Positions 17,414 to 27,766 of a stretch of 64,000 nt of DNA are shown here, in pieces (positions within the stretch are counted from its first letter, which is position 1; each line of letters opens with the position of its first letter). Location of the stretch: the NCBI GenBank assembly GCA_965247095.1, contig OZ251997.1, forward strand, positions 2,848,001 through 2,912,000. The letters are read 5' to 3'. A program made the translations under genes and the position numbers. This stretch comes from Candidatus Multivorans sp. GTDB taxonomy: Bacteria > Acidobacteriota > Thermoanaerobaculia > Multivoradales > Multivoraceae. Below the pieces are notes generated by a model. That model did no database searches and was not told the DNA's origin. It saw nothing but the letters and a program-made list of their open reading frames with translations.

Positions 17414-19170
17414 GGCTGAACAACCTCGACTGGACCGTCCTCGCCGTCTACGGCGCCCTCGCCCTCACCGTCGGGCTCGTCTTCGCGCGGCGGGCGGGCG
17501 CCGGAACTGGCCAGTTCTTCCTCGCCGGGCGGAACCTGCCGTGGTGGCTCCTCGGCACGTCCATGGTCGCCACGACGTTCTCCACCGACACGCCGAATCT
17601 GGTGACCGACCTGGTGCGGAACGGCGGCGTCTCCGGCAACTGGATGTGGTGGGCGTTCCTGATCACCGGCATGTGCACGACCTTCTTCTACGCGAAGCTC
17701 TGGCGGCGCTCCGGCGTGTTCACCGACATCGGTTTCTACGAGCTCCGGTACTCGGGGCGGGCGGCGGTCTTCCTGCGCGGCTTCCGGGCGGTGTACCTGG
17801 GCGTGTTCTTCAACGTGATGATCATGGCGGCGGTCCTGCTGGCTGGGATCAAGATCGGCGGCGTACTGCTCGGGGCCGACAAGTACACGACGGTGCTCGT
17901 CGCCGCGGCTGTCACCGCCGCGTACTCGGCCACCTCCGGCCTGTGGGGCGTCGTGGTGACGGACCTCATGCTGTTCGTCATCGCGATGGTGGGGTCCGTG
18001 GCGGCCGCTTGGTACGCGCTCGCGCATCCCGCCGTCGGCGGGCTCTCGGGCCTCGTATCGAACCCGGACATCGCTTCGCGCCTCGCCCTGCTGCCCGACT
18101 TCGGAGATTGGGAGACGGCGGCCACCGTCTTCCTGATCCCGGTCGCGGTCCAGTGGTGGTCGACCTGGTATCCGGGCGCCGAACCGGGCGGCGGCGGCTA
18201 CGCGGCTCAGCGCATGCTCGCTGCCCGCACCGAGCGCGACTCGATGGCGGCCACCCTGTGGTTCAACATCGCCCACTACGCGCTCCGGCCCTGGCCGTGG
18301 ATCCTGGTCGCGCTGGCTTCGCTGGTCGTTTACCCGACCCTAGACTCGATCGCCGCCGCCTTCCCGCACCTCGACCCATCGATCATCCGCCACGACCTGG
18401 CCTACCCGGCGATGCTCGTCTTCCTGCCGCACGGGCTGCTCGGTCTGGTCGTCGCTTCGCTCGCGGCGGCCCTGATGTCGACGATCTCCACGCATCTCAA
18501 CTGGGGCGCCTCCTACATCGTCGACGACGTCTACCGTCGCTTCGTTCGACCGGGAAGGACCGAGGCGCACTACGTCCGGGTCGCCCGGCTGTCGACGATC
18601 GGCCTGGTGGCGCTGGCGGCGGTGGTGGCGCTGTGGCTCGAGAACGCGATGCAGGCGTTCCAGATCCTGCTTCAGATCGGCGCCGGCACGGGCCTGATCT
18701 TCCTGCTGCGTTGGTTCTGGTGGCGCATCAACGCTTGGTCGGAGATCTCGGCGATGGTCGTCTCGTTCGGGGTCGCGGTGTGGTTTCAGTTCGGCCACGA
18801 AGAGGTCGGGTTGGCACTGCCTTCGACCGCTGCGCAGCTCCTCTTTGGCGTTGCGCTGACCACCGCGGTCTGGTTCAGTGTGACCATGGCCACGCGGCCG
18901 ACGGAGACGGCCGTTCTCCAGGCGTTCTACGACCGGGTGCGGCCCTTTGCGCGGGGCTGGCGCCGGGTTGTGGAGACGCGCGCCGATGAGCCCGGCAGCG
19001 CTACGGCGGCGCTGCTGGCCTGGCTGTTCGGTTGCGTCGCGGTGTACTCCGCCCTGTTCGGGACCGGAATGGCTCTGTACGGCCGCGGGCTCGAGGCCGC
19101 CGTGTTCGGCGTTGCGGCGCTGCTGGCGGGTTACGGAGTGTTCCGCCTCCTGCCGCGCACGACCGGCTGA
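17410..19170 (+). CDS. Sodium:solute symporter family transporter
   Basis: LDW..FFLAGRNLPWWLLGTSMVATTFSTDTP; LWRRSGV; GGGYAAQRML; TTGA overlap with the upstream gene. Confidence 0.92.
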   Translation: MRLNNLDWTVLAVYGALALTVGLVFARRAGAGTGQFFLAGRNLPWWLLGTSMVATTFSTDTPNLVTDLVRNGGVSGNWMWWAFLITGMCTTFFYAKLWRRSGVFTDIGFYELRYSGRAAVFLRGFRAVYLGVFFNVMIMAAVLLAGIKIGGVLLGADKYTTVLVAAAVTAAYSATSGLWGVVVTDLMLFVIAMVGSVAAAWYALAHPAVGGLSGLVSNPDIASRLALLPDFGDWETAATVFLIPVAVQWWSTWYPGAEPGGGGYAAQRMLAARTERDSMAATLWFNIAHYALRPWPWILVALASLVVYPTLDSIAAAFPHLDPSIIRHDLAYPAMLVFLPHGLLGLVVASLAAALMSTISTHLNWGASYIVDDVYRRFVRPGRTEAHYVRVARLSTIGLVALAAVVALWLENAMQAFQILLQIGAGTGLIFLLRWFWWRINAWSEISAMVVSFGVAVWFQFGHEEVGLALPSTAAQLLFGVALTTAVWFSVTMATRPTETAVLQAFYDRVRPFARGWRRVVETRADEPGSATAALLAWLFGCVAVYSALFGTGMALYGRGLEAAVFGVAALLAGYGVFRLLPRTTG

Positions 19171-19183
19171 TCGCCCTGCGGCC

Positions 19184-20533
19184 CTACATCTCCTCGAACC
19201 GGGCGCTGAAGTGCGGCAGAGCTTCCGGCGCCTCAACGATCCGCAGCCCCCGAATCCGATCGCGCTGGGCGAACAACTCGATCAACGCCTCCACGACGTA
19301 GTCCATGTGGGACTGCGTGTAGACCCGCCTTGGCACGGCCAGACGAACGAGGTCTAGCGGCGGCGCTTTGCGCGCGCCGAACATGACGGTTCCGACCTCG
19401 CAGGCGCGGATGCCGGCATGCCGGTAGAGGGCGACGACCAGGGCCTGACCCGGGAACTGCTCGCGAGACAGGTGCGGGCAGAACCGGCAGGCGTCGATGT
19501 AGATGGCGTGCCCCCCCGGCGGCTCCACGATCTGAATGCCGGCAGCCAGCAACCGCTCGCCGACGTACGCCGTGCTACGGATCCGGTAGTGGAGGTAGTT
19601 CTCGTCGAGCACTTCGTGGAAGCCGAGCGCCATCGCCTCGAGGTCCCTGCCGGAGAGGCCACCGTAGGTGACGTAGCCCTCGGTCAGGATGACCAGCTCG
19701 CTGGCGCGGCGGAACAGGTCGGCATCGCGCAGAAGCAGCAGACCTCCGGTGTTGACGATGCCGTCCTTCTTGGCGCTGATCGTGGCGCCGTCGGCGAGGT
19801 CGAACATCTCGCGCACGATCTCCGGGACCGATCGCCCCTGTTGCCCCTCCTCGCGCTGCTTGATGAACCAGGCGTTCTCGGCAAAGCGGCAGGCATCGAG
19901 GAACAGCGGCAGGTCGTACCGGCGACACAACTGCCGCGTCGCGTGGAGGTTCTCCAGGCTCACGGGCTGGCCCCCGCTCGTGTTGCTGGTCACCGTGCAC
20001 ATGACCAGCGGAATTCGCGCGCCCTCGGCGGCGAGCAGCGACTCGAGCCGGGCCAGGTCGAGATTGCCCTTGAAGGGGTGGCGGTTCGTTGGATCCGCCG
20101 CTTCGGGAATGGCCAGGTCGACTGCGCGGGCGCCACTGTGCTCGATGTTCGCCCGTGTCGTGTCGAAGTGAGCGTTGTTGGGCACGATCTTCCCCGCCCC
20201 GCCGACCAGTTCGAAGAGGATTCGTTCGCTGGCGCGCCCCTGGTGGGTGGGCAGCGTCTGCTCGAAGCCCATGATGTCCCGGACGGCATCGTGAAGGCGG
20301 CGGAAGCTGGTGGAACCGGCGTAGCTCTCGTCCGCGCGCATGATCGCGGCCCACTGCTGCGCGCTCATGGCGCCCGTGCCGCTGTCGGTGAGCAGATCGA
20401 TCAGTACGTGCGCCGCCTCGATCTTGAACAGGTTGAAGCCGGCTCGGCGGAGCAACTCCTCGCGGCGCTCCGCGCTGGGTAACCGAATCGGCTCGACGGC
20501 CTTGATCCGGAATGGCTCGATGATGGTCTTCAT
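19184..20533 (-). CDS. tnaA: Tryptophanase / tyrosine phenol-lyase family beta-eliminating lyase
   Basis: MKTIIEPFRIKAVEPI; IDLLTDSGT; THQGRASE; PLP lysine in SAKKDG; TYGGLSGRD; RLAVPRRVYTQSH. Trp versus Tyr specificity not certain. Confidence 0.85.
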   Translation of the reverse strand: MKTIIEPFRIKAVEPIRLPSAERREELLRRAGFNLFKIEAAHVLIDLLTDSGTGAMSAQQWAAIMRADESYAGSTSFRRLHDAVRDIMGFEQTLPTHQGRASERILFELVGGAGKIVPNNAHFDTTRANIEHSGARAVDLAIPEAADPTNRHPFKGNLDLARLESLLAAEGARIPLVMCTVTSNTSGGQPVSLENLHATRQLCRRYDLPLFLDACRFAENAWFIKQREEGQQGRSVPEIVREMFDLADGATISAKKDGIVNTGGLLLLRDADLFRRASELVILTEGYVTYGGLSGRDLEAMALGFHEVLDENYLHYRIRSTAYVGERLLAAGIQIVEPPGGHAIYIDACRFCPHLSREQFPGQALVVALYRHAGIRACEVGTVMFGARKAPPLDLVRLAVPRRVYTQSHMDYVVEALIELFAQRDRIRGLRIVEAPEALPHFSARFEEM

Positions 20534-20695
20534 TGGCGGACCGCCGGGCGCTGGCGCGTGCGCCGGGCTCAATGCCCATCCTACCGCTCCTCTACTGATG
20601 GCGCGTCCCTGGGATACGCTGAACCGACCTTGGCATCTCAGCAACAAAAGAGCCTGGGATCGGCAGTCTCGGCTTCTTCTTGGCTGGACACGGCA

Positions 20696-21997
20696 ATGAA
20701 GACTTCGTTTGCCGTTTCAGTGGTGATTCTGGCGATCGCCGCGTGCGCCGCACCCGAAAAGGGACTTCAGGGTTCCGGCATCGAGTTCTTCCCTGGAAGC
20801 TATTCGCAAGCTCTGCAAAAGGCGGCTGCCGAAGACAAGCTCGTCTTCGTCGATGTCTATACCGACTGGTGCGGCCCCTGCAAGTTGATGGACTTGAACG
20901 TGTTTACGGACCCCGTGGTCGGCGACTATTACAACCGGCACTTCGTTTGCATCAAACGGAATCAGGAGGCCGAGGAGTTCGACGGCCCAGAGTTGACGGG
21001 CCGGAACGAAGTGTCCGTGTTACCCACCTACCTCTTTATCGGGCCTGACGGTGAACACGTCCATCGGGGTACCGGGTATTTCGAGCCCAAGGCGTTCGTT
21101 AAGTTCGGCGAAGCGGCGCTCGGTGGTACGGCCGACACCTTCGACGTACTCAAGGCTCGGTACGAGGCCGGCGAACGGGATCGGACCTTTGTCCAAACCT
21201 ATCTGGCAGAATCGATTCCTCGTCCTCTGACGTCTGCCCGGACCAGGGAAGGCTGGCTCTACCGGCATGAGATGCGGCAGGTGTTCGACGAATACCTTGC
21301 CGCCGGGAAGTTGCGCGATCTTGTAAACCGTGACGACTTTTCCCTGCTGGCGCACTTTCTTCAGGACGCCGGATGGAACGACCCCCTGGTCGAGTTCGTG
21401 GCCGGTAACTACGAGGCGTTTGCCTCTGTGGCGCCGGAGTCCCAGGTTGCGTTCGTGCTGCTTGAGTCCATCAAGAGATCCGTGGGAGAGGCCGCAAGCA
21501 AGGGTGATTCGTCCTATGCGCGGTTCATTGAGGAACTCGACGGTAGTTTGAAGCCTGCCTACAAGGTTCAGGTCGAGGTCATACAGAACGACTATCTGTT
21601 CAAGGAGTATCTGGTCGAGCTGGGCGACCGGTCGTACCAACGGACTCAGCAGGATTGGGCGGCCGTTGATGAGCGGTCCCGACAGGAATTCGAGGCGAAG
21701 GGCGACGCCGTGACCGCTGCGGATTACCTGCGCGCCGCACGCAGTTTGGCTCCGTGCCCTGACAAGGAGTGGCTCCGGCGGGCGCTGGAGTTCTCCCGAC
21801 GGGCTTTTGAAATGGAAGTGAGCCCCGAGACGGCCTTGACCTATATGGGCTTGCTGGAGGCTCTTGAGGAGTACGACGAGTTGACTGAGGTTGGCGAACG
21901 AGCGCTCAGCCAGATTGATGCCGGGGAAGTCGATCCGGTCTTTCTGTTCTTTATTGAAAGAATGCTCCTGAAGAGAGAGTTCGGCGCTGATAACTGA
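20696..21997 (+). CDS. Thioredoxin-family lipoprotein (WCGPC) with helical C-terminal region
   Basis: Lipobox IAAC; KAAAEDKLVFVDVYTDWCGPCKLMD..VF; cis-Pro motif LPTYLF. Confidence 0.85.
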   Translation: MKTSFAVSVVILAIAACAAPEKGLQGSGIEFFPGSYSQALQKAAAEDKLVFVDVYTDWCGPCKLMDLNVFTDPVVGDYYNRHFVCIKRNQEAEEFDGPELTGRNEVSVLPTYLFIGPDGEHVHRGTGYFEPKAFVKFGEAALGGTADTFDVLKARYEAGERDRTFVQTYLAESIPRPLTSARTREGWLYRHEMRQVFDEYLAAGKLRDLVNRDDFSLLAHFLQDAGWNDPLVEFVAGNYEAFASVAPESQVAFVLLESIKRSVGEAASKGDSSYARFIEELDGSLKPAYKVQVEVIQNDYLFKEYLVELGDRSYQRTQQDWAAVDERSRQEFEAKGDAVTAADYLRAARSLAPCPDKEWLRRALEFSRRAFEMEVSPETALTYMGLLEALEEYDELTEVGERALSQIDAGEVDPVFLFFIERMLLKREFGADN

Positions 21998-22017
21998 GCG
22001 CACGACGTACTGACGAC

Positions 22018-22923
22018 ATGCCGCTTGCCGGTGATCTATTGCGCCGGGACGGGGAAGAGGCGGTGCGTCTGATCGTGAAGGAGCTCGTGTCCCAGGCGCG
22101 CGAAGCCGCGCCGCGCTGCGTCGACCCGGAGGACGCCGAGGGCCTCCACGACTTCAGGGTCTCGATCCGGCGGCTGCGGAGCACCTTGAGCGCCTGGAAG
22201 GAACTGCTCCGAGGCGTCGCCGAGAAGCGGGACCCGCGGACGCTCGCCGGGTTCCAGAAACGGACCGGCTCCAGCCGCGATGCCGAGGTGGCGCTCGTGT
22301 GGCTGGAGAGCCAGGGCTCGGAACTGTGCCCCGAGCACTTGCCCGGTCTCGAGTGGGTCGAGGCGCGACTTCGTTCGGCAAGCCACACGCCGTCGGGCGA
22401 CGCACACCGGGCGGTCTGTGCCGAGTTCGCCGCGTGGGCGGGCGGCTTCGAGTCGCGCGTGTGCCACGAGGTACCGGGACCAGGCGCTGGCCCGCCGTAC
22501 GCGGAGGCGCTGGCCGAGCGGGTGGACCGGATCGCTCACCGGCTGGACGCTCGCGTTGGCGGCCTTGGCGGCGACCGGGAGCGGGGCCCGCACAGGGTCC
22601 GCATCGCGTGTAAGCGCCTCCGCTACCTGGTCGAACCGGTGGGGGCGGAAAGCGAAGTTGCGGTCTCCCTGGTTGATCGCTGCAAGCGCCTGCAGGATGT
22701 GCTCGGCACTCTGAACGACGCGAACATCCTCGACGATCTGCTGAGGGTCTACCTCGACGGCGACTCGTCTGCGAGCGAGTCCGGAGTGCTGGCGTTGTGC
22801 CGACTCAACGCGGCTCGGGCGGACGCCAGCTACCAGTTGTTCCGACTTGACTGGGTGGAGCACGGCGGTCTGCGAACCCTGCTGGACGAAGCCGCGGCTC
22901 TGGCGCGGCAGCTCCGCGGCTAG
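22018..22923 (+). CDS. CHAD-domain (polyphosphate-binding) protein
   Basis: EGLHDFRVSIRRLRS; RDAEV; HRVRIACKRLRYLVE; LQDVLGTLND. Confidence 0.9.
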   Translation: MPLAGDLLRRDGEEAVRLIVKELVSQAREAAPRCVDPEDAEGLHDFRVSIRRLRSTLSAWKELLRGVAEKRDPRTLAGFQKRTGSSRDAEVALVWLESQGSELCPEHLPGLEWVEARLRSASHTPSGDAHRAVCAEFAAWAGGFESRVCHEVPGPGAGPPYAEALAERVDRIAHRLDARVGGLGGDRERGPHRVRIACKRLRYLVEPVGAESEVAVSLVDRCKRLQDVLGTLNDANILDDLLRVYLDGDSSASESGVLALCRLNAARADASYQLFRLDWVEHGGLRTLLDEAAALARQLRG

Positions 22924-22969
22924 CGCGGCAGTCGACGGATCCGGAGTCGGTTCCGATAGGCTGCTGCGC

Positions 22970-23158
22970 GTGACGACCTTCGACACCGCGGTCGTCCATG
23001 ACGACGCCGCGACGAAGGCGGACCTCAAACCACTGGCAACGAAGGTCGCCCTGGCCGAGCTTGAAACACGGATGACCCGGACGCTCTACGGCGTCGCCGC
23101 CGCTCTCCTGGCCGGTCAACTGGCCGCCGTCCTGGCGCTGCTCCGGCTACTCGGTTAG
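22970..23158 (+). CDS. Short DUF1640/CCDC90-like coiled-coil membrane-anchored protein, probably internally deleted
   Basis: MTTFDT...ATKADLKPLATKVALAELETRM followed by a C-terminal TM helix; TAGGCT 7 nt upstream of the GTG. Confidence 0.55.
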   Translation: MTTFDTAVVHDDAATKADLKPLATKVALAELETRMTRTLYGVAAALLAGQLAAVLALLRLLG

Positions 23159-25101
23159 CCCTCGCCGCCCTCGCCAGGCACGTACCAGATCGGCGACGAC
23201 CAGGCTCGCTCCTGGATCGTGGCCGGCAGCCCGGGCTTCGGCGGTACTCCCGCCCGGATCGCGTCCCAGGTCGACCACCGACACGTCGGGTTCTGCAGAA
23301 CGCGAACGTAGTAGAAGGCGCGCTGGTTCGGATCGAAGTTGGGATCCTGCCAGTGCGCCTCGAGTTCGGACGCTCCCTGGCCCTCCTGGGTCGAGCAGGT
23401 CAAAAGGTCCACGGCGGCCCCGTTGTCGGAGCAGCGGTGCGAAGCGCCATCGACGGTCGCTCCGGAGGAGCAGGCGACGTCGTAGACCTCTTCGTGGTGG
23501 GCGCCCTGCTCGGTCCATCCCTTGATGACCTGCAGGCGGTCCAGCGGATCGGTGGTCGGATCCCTGATCGCCCAGACCAGGAACCGGGGCGGCCGCTGGG
23601 TCCCATCCGCCATCAGGTCGCCGCCCATGGCGACGCCTTCCGCGTAGGCCCTGGCGATCCCGTCGTCGCCGTCCAGGGTCGCCTCGTCGAAGTCGTACCC
23701 GGCGAAGAAGCGAACGCGCATGCGCGGCCCGGTGGTGGCGAACGTCTCCTTGCGCTGGAACGCGCGGAAGATGTCCTCCCTGGTGTTTGACTCGGCCCAC
23801 ACCGCGGCCAGACCCGACGCGCCCCAGTACTGCCTCGTCGGGTCGTCGTACTCGCCCGTGTCCTCACGCGGGACCGACCCGCGCTGCTCGGGCCGGATGT
23901 CCAGCAGTCCGGTCTTGCTCCAGTAGTTGTCTTCCTGGAACGACCCGGCCGCGTTGTGCGTGTCCGAGGAGCCGATCAGACCGAAGCGGAACGGATTGAA
24001 GCCCTCTTCTTCTTCCAGGGCGAGGCCGTTCAGGTAGGCGTCACGCACGTAGCTGCCCTGCGGTTGACTCGGGAAGTCGCTGCCGATCGTCCGCTCCATG
24101 ATCCCGAAGTCGGCCCACTCGTCATTGGGGGACAGGAGCGGATGGGTGTCTGAAGTGCCCTTGACCTGGGTGATCTCCACCAGCGGCTCGTTGCGCATGC
24201 GCTGCTCGGCGTAGGCCCGGTCGATGGGGTCGCCTGCCCGGTCGGTGAGCGCGAACATCCACCCGTCCGAGCCGTTCGAGTTGTGGGGTATCGCCAGGGA
24301 GTCGATGCCCTGGGCGCGCTGCTCGTCCATCCAGTCCCACAGCAGCTCCGGGTTGTTCCTGGCGTCCAGCCGGCTGAACGGAATGCCGGGCACGTTCGAG
24401 TCGCGGAAGATGACGTTCCGATGCAGGTTCTCGCCCCTGGGGCCTCCGGCGGTGAACTCGTAGGCGATGAGGGTCGTGAAGTTGCCGGGATCGTTGTGCC
24501 TCTCGGCAGCCTCCACGATCTTCTGCCAGGCACTCTTGACGATGCCGAGATCGAGCAGGTCGTCGGGGTCGACGTAGCCCCGTTCGCGTGGCAGCACTTC
24601 CTGGAACACGGCGCTGCGATCGGCCGGCGTCGCGGCGCTCCGCAAGGCGACCGAGAGTGGATGCTGGCCGACTGCCGAGTCCGGGTTGTCCATCTCCTCG
24701 AACATGCCCAGGTAGGTCGCATGGTCGGCAACCGCCAGGAAGTCGAGCGGTGCGTTCAGACGCATCTCGATGCCGGCCGCGTGCGTCAGCGGTTCTCCCT
24801 TGGCGAATCGGTACGCGTCGTCGGGGTCGTTGCGGGTGCCGAAGATGTAGGCGTCGAACGAGTACTTGGTGTGCACGTGGACGTCGCCGAAGTACGCGTT
24901 GCGTATCGATCGGCTCTCGGCAGCTTCGCCCGGGCTTCCGGACTCTGCGCCGGCCGGGCCGTCGGCTGGATCCGACCCGTCCGGAGCGTTACCGGCGCAG
25001 GCGACGGCCAGGACGAGGAGAACCGTCAAGGACGCGATCGTCCACTTGAGCGGGCGGCCAGCCGCCGTGACGGCCGGGCAACAGGTAAGGGTCTTGGGCA
25101 T
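23155..25101 (-). CDS. DUF3604 (PHP-like metallohydrolase) lipoprotein
   Basis: AYFGDVHVHTKYSFDA; LDFLAVADH; NLHRNVIF; IPHNSNGSDG; EITQVKGTSDTHP; GSSDTH; IQERAWSSPIWY. Confidence 0.9.
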   Translation of the reverse strand: MPKTLTCCPAVTAAGRPLKWTIASLTVLLVLAVACAGNAPDGSDPADGPAGAESGSPGEAAESRSIRNAYFGDVHVHTKYSFDAYIFGTRNDPDDAYRFAKGEPLTHAAGIEMRLNAPLDFLAVADHATYLGMFEEMDNPDSAVGQHPLSVALRSAATPADRSAVFQEVLPRERGYVDPDDLLDLGIVKSAWQKIVEAAERHNDPGNFTTLIAYEFTAGGPRGENLHRNVIFRDSNVPGIPFSRLDARNNPELLWDWMDEQRAQGIDSLAIPHNSNGSDGWMFALTDRAGDPIDRAYAEQRMRNEPLVEITQVKGTSDTHPLLSPNDEWADFGIMERTIGSDFPSQPQGSYVRDAYLNGLALEEEEGFNPFRFGLIGSSDTHNAAGSFQEDNYWSKTGLLDIRPEQRGSVPREDTGEYDDPTRQYWGASGLAAVWAESNTREDIFRAFQRKETFATTGPRMRVRFFAGYDFDEATLDGDDGIARAYAEGVAMGGDLMADGTQRPPRFLVWAIRDPTTDPLDRLQVIKGWTEQGAHHEEVYDVACSSGATVDGASHRCSDNGAAVDLLTCSTQEGQGASELEAHWQDPNFDPNQRAFYYVRVLQNPTCRWSTWDAIRAGVPPKPGLPATIQERAWSSPIWYVPGEGGEG

Positions 25102-25136
25102 CGTGTTCTCCGGTTGGCGGCTGCGTCGATCGAGCG

Positions 25137-26825
25137 TCACTTCACCCCCATCAGCGGATCCGGCAGCCCAAGCAGATGCACCGCCACCAACCCCAGAATC
25201 CCCAGCACCAGCAGGTAGTAGATCGTCGGCAGGATCGTCTTGCGCAGCGTGGCCCCCTCGCGGTCCAGCAGGCCGACGGTGGCGGATGCGGCGACCACGT
25301 TGTGGATCGCCACCATGTTGCCGGCCGCCGCGCCGACCGCTTGCAGGGCGACAATCATCGCGGTGGACATCATGAGTCGCTCCGCGACGCCGTACTGGAA
25401 GGCGGTGAACATCAGGTTGCTGACCGTGTTCGAGCCGGCGATGAAGGCGCCAAGCGCCCCGGTCATGCCGGCGAAGAATGGCCATACGTCGCCCACGTTC
25501 GCGGCCACCCAGTCCGCCATCACCAGGGGCATCGACAGCAGGCCGGCCTCGTTCACGTCCGAGTTGATGTAGACCCGCACCATGGGGACGGTGAAGATGA
25601 GCACGAAGCCGGCGCCGAGGAGGACCTTGCCGGAGGAGGCGGCCGCGGCGCGCACGTCCGAGAACGTCATGCGGTGCAGCAGCGCCGTGATCCCCACGAC
25701 CACGAGGAGCACGAAGCCGGGCAGGTAGAGCGGCGTCGTCGCGCCCGAGACGCCACTGCCCAGGATGTCGTCCCAGCGGATCGCCGGCGTGCGGAGCCAG
25801 CCGCCCAGGGGCAACGCGGGGAGACGGGTCAGCACAAGCAGGCCGCCGAGCAGCGCGTAGGGTGCCCAGGCGTTGACGAGGCCGATGCCGCGGTCGTTGG
25901 GCTCGGTCGCCTCGTCCTCGAAACCGCTGACCCAGTCCGGCTTCCATTGGTCGCGGGCCGGGAAGTCCCAGGTGTTCGAAGGCAGCAACCAGCCGCGGCG
26001 GGCGATCGTGACCATGATCAGGAGGCCGACCGGCGCGCCCAGCAGCGACGGGAACTCCGGCCCGAGGAAGAACCCGAAGAGCACGTAGGGGACCGTAAAC
26101 GCCAGGCCGCCGGCCAAGGTGAAGGGGAGGATCGACAGCCCTTCGGTCCAGGAGCGCTTGGCGCCGAAGAACCGGGTCAGCATGACGACCATCAGAGTCG
26201 GCATCAGGACCCCGGCGGTGGCGTGGAGCACGACGGCCCGTTCGGTGACGACGGCCAGGTAGTCGAGCATGCCGATGCCTGCTTCGGCCAGATCGGCGGC
26301 GAACTCCTCGCCGCCGAGACCGCCTTGGACGCCGACCAGCACCGGCGTTCCCGCGGCGCCGAAAGTGACCGAGGTCGACTGGACCATCATGCCGAGCATC
26401 ACCGCGGCCGCGGCCGGGAAGCCGAGCGCGACCAGAAGCGGCGCGGTGACCGCCGCCGGCGTCCCGAACCCGGCGGCACCCTCGATGAAGGAGCCGAAGA
26501 GCCAGCAGACGATGACCACCTGGACCCGGCGGTCGTCGCTCAGGCCGTGGAACGAGCGGCGGATCGCGTCGACGCCGCCCGAGCGCTCCAGCGTGTGCAG
26601 GAGCAGGATCGCGCCGAAGATGATGAAGAGCAGGTCGAAGGTCAGGAACAGTCCCTGGATCGACGCCCCGGCGATGCGCGCGATCGGCATCTGCCAGATC
26701 AGCAGGGCGACCAGCACGGCCGCGGCATAGGCCGCCGGCATGGCCCGCCGGGCCGGCACCCGGAAACCGATCAGCAGGATTCCGCCCAGGGCGATCGGGA
26801 ACAGGGCCAGCAGGGCCGTGGTCAC
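25137..26825 (-). CDS. lldP: L-lactate permease
   Basis: IIFGAILLL; [14 protein letters not shown]; [13 protein letters not shown]; GAAAGNM. Confidence 0.9.
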   Translation of the reverse strand: MTTALLALFPIALGGILLIGFRVPARRAMPAAYAAAVLVALLIWQMPIARIAGASIQGLFLTFDLLFIIFGAILLLHTLERSGGVDAIRRSFHGLSDDRRVQVVIVCWLFGSFIEGAAGFGTPAAVTAPLLVALGFPAAAAVMLGMMVQSTSVTFGAAGTPVLVGVQGGLGGEEFAADLAEAGIGMLDYLAVVTERAVVLHATAGVLMPTLMVVMLTRFFGAKRSWTEGLSILPFTLAGGLAFTVPYVLFGFFLGPEFPSLLGAPVGLLIMVTIARRGWLLPSNTWDFPARDQWKPDWVSGFEDEATEPNDRGIGLVNAWAPYALLGGLLVLTRLPALPLGGWLRTPAIRWDDILGSGVSGATTPLYLPGFVLLVVVGITALLHRMTFSDVRAAAASSGKVLLGAGFVLIFTVPMVRVYINSDVNEAGLLSMPLVMADWVAANVGDVWPFFAGMTGALGAFIAGSNTVSNLMFTAFQYGVAERLMMSTAMIVALQAVGAAAGNMVAIHNVVAASATVGLLDREGATLRKTILPTIYYLLVLGILGLVAVHLLGLPDPLMGVK

Positions 26826-26893
26826 AGGCTCAACCTCATCCGCATCGGCTCTCCTTCTTGGGTTGGGAACGGTTCATGTTAGCCGCCCGTGAC

Positions 26894-27152
26894 AACGCGG
26901 GCGTCTCACCCGCATCCGGCCTCCGCCCTGGGAACCCGGGTGGCGCGATCCGCGCCACCCGTGAACCACTCAGTGCGCCCGTCATCGGGCGCACGGATGG
27001 AACCCGGGCGTCTCGCCCGCATCCGGCCTCCGCCCTGGGAACCCGGGTGGCGCGATCCGCGCCATCCGCGAACCACTCAGTGCGCCCGTCATCGGGCGCA
27101 CGGATGGAACCCGGGCGTCTCGCCCGCATCAAGCGCGATGCCGCGAAGCGGC
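26894..27152 (+). repeat. Tandem composite REP array (two three-hairpin units, period about 107 bp)
   Basis: CCCTGGGAACCCGGGTGGCGCGATCCGCGCCA begins at 26926 and 27033; ends GCCGCGAAGCGGC. Confidence 0.92.
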
Positions 27153-27175
27153 TGGTACGAGCCCCGGACCGTTTC

Positions 27176-27391
27176 CTAAACGGCCACCGGCGTCAGGCTG
27201 AACACGCGGGCATGCCTGGACGCCGTCTTCAGGTCGCCTCGACGTAGGGCCTGCCGCACGTCGTCGAGACGATACGCATCCTCCAGAGACAGATGCGGCG
27301 ACCATTCTTCGGGCTCTTCCAGCAGTTCGACATCTACTTCCGCGACGTACTTTCCCTCGTGAACGAGCTTCGTGCGTTTGGTTCGTTTCAT
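27176..27391 (-). CDS. Small protein partnered with DUF4258 (putative antitoxin)
   Basis: MKRTKRTKLVHEGKYVAEVDVEL...WSPHLSLEDAYRLDDVRQALRRGD; ATGA overlap with the upstream gene. Confidence 0.75.
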   Translation of the reverse strand: MKRTKRTKLVHEGKYVAEVDVELLEEPEEWSPHLSLEDAYRLDDVRQALRRGDLKTASRHARVFSLTPVAV

Positions 27392-27711
27392 CTCCGTCTC
27401 CGCCGGAACCCGGGTTCCCATCTCTCGGGATCAGGTAAGTATGCCGTAATCAACACCGCCGGGCCTTCCTGGCGGGCGGGAAGCCCCCACACCGTGTGGA
27501 CTAAACGTCCATCATAGGTTCTCTGGAACAGCAGGACGCACGGTCCCTTCGGGTAGTTCGGATAGTCCTCAATCACCTCGGCTGCGGCCACACCCCCTAC
27601 GATCTCCCTGGCCAGGAGTCCATCGGCGGCGAGTTCGTCGTAACCGTGCTCCGAGATCCTGACCTTGCCTTCGGCGACGAGGGTCCTTATGCGGTCGAAT
27701 GTGCTAGTCAC
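27388..27711 (-). CDS. DUF4258-domain protein (putative toxin)
   Basis: VRISEHGYDEL; VIEDYPNYPKGPCVL; HTVWG; LITAYLPDPERW. Confidence 0.85.
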   Translation of the reverse strand: MTSTFDRIRTLVAEGKVRISEHGYDELAADGLLAREIVGGVAAAEVIEDYPNYPKGPCVLLFQRTYDGRLVHTVWGLPARQEGPAVLITAYLPDPERWEPGFRRRRR

Positions 27712-27766
27712 GACTCATTCTCAGCTACTTCGCTGCGGCTGACCACTGTGAACTGGAGGAATCGCC

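Noticed and set aside
20534-20695. tnaC-like leader peptide or sigma54 promoter upstream of the lyase
   Set aside because: No convincing Trp-containing leader with the stalling motif and no proper GG-N10-GC box.
26894-27152. Tandem repeats here and at 50000-50168 and 50859-51050 as a CRISPR array
   Set aside because: No unique spacers, units are palindromic and dispersed through the window, and no cas genes; they fit REP arrays.
26836-27247. Small ORFs sharing GNPGGAIRATR or GTRVARSAPP peptides (also near 4733, 44170, 50012, 50780)
   Set aside because: These are translations of the REP element, not a protein family.
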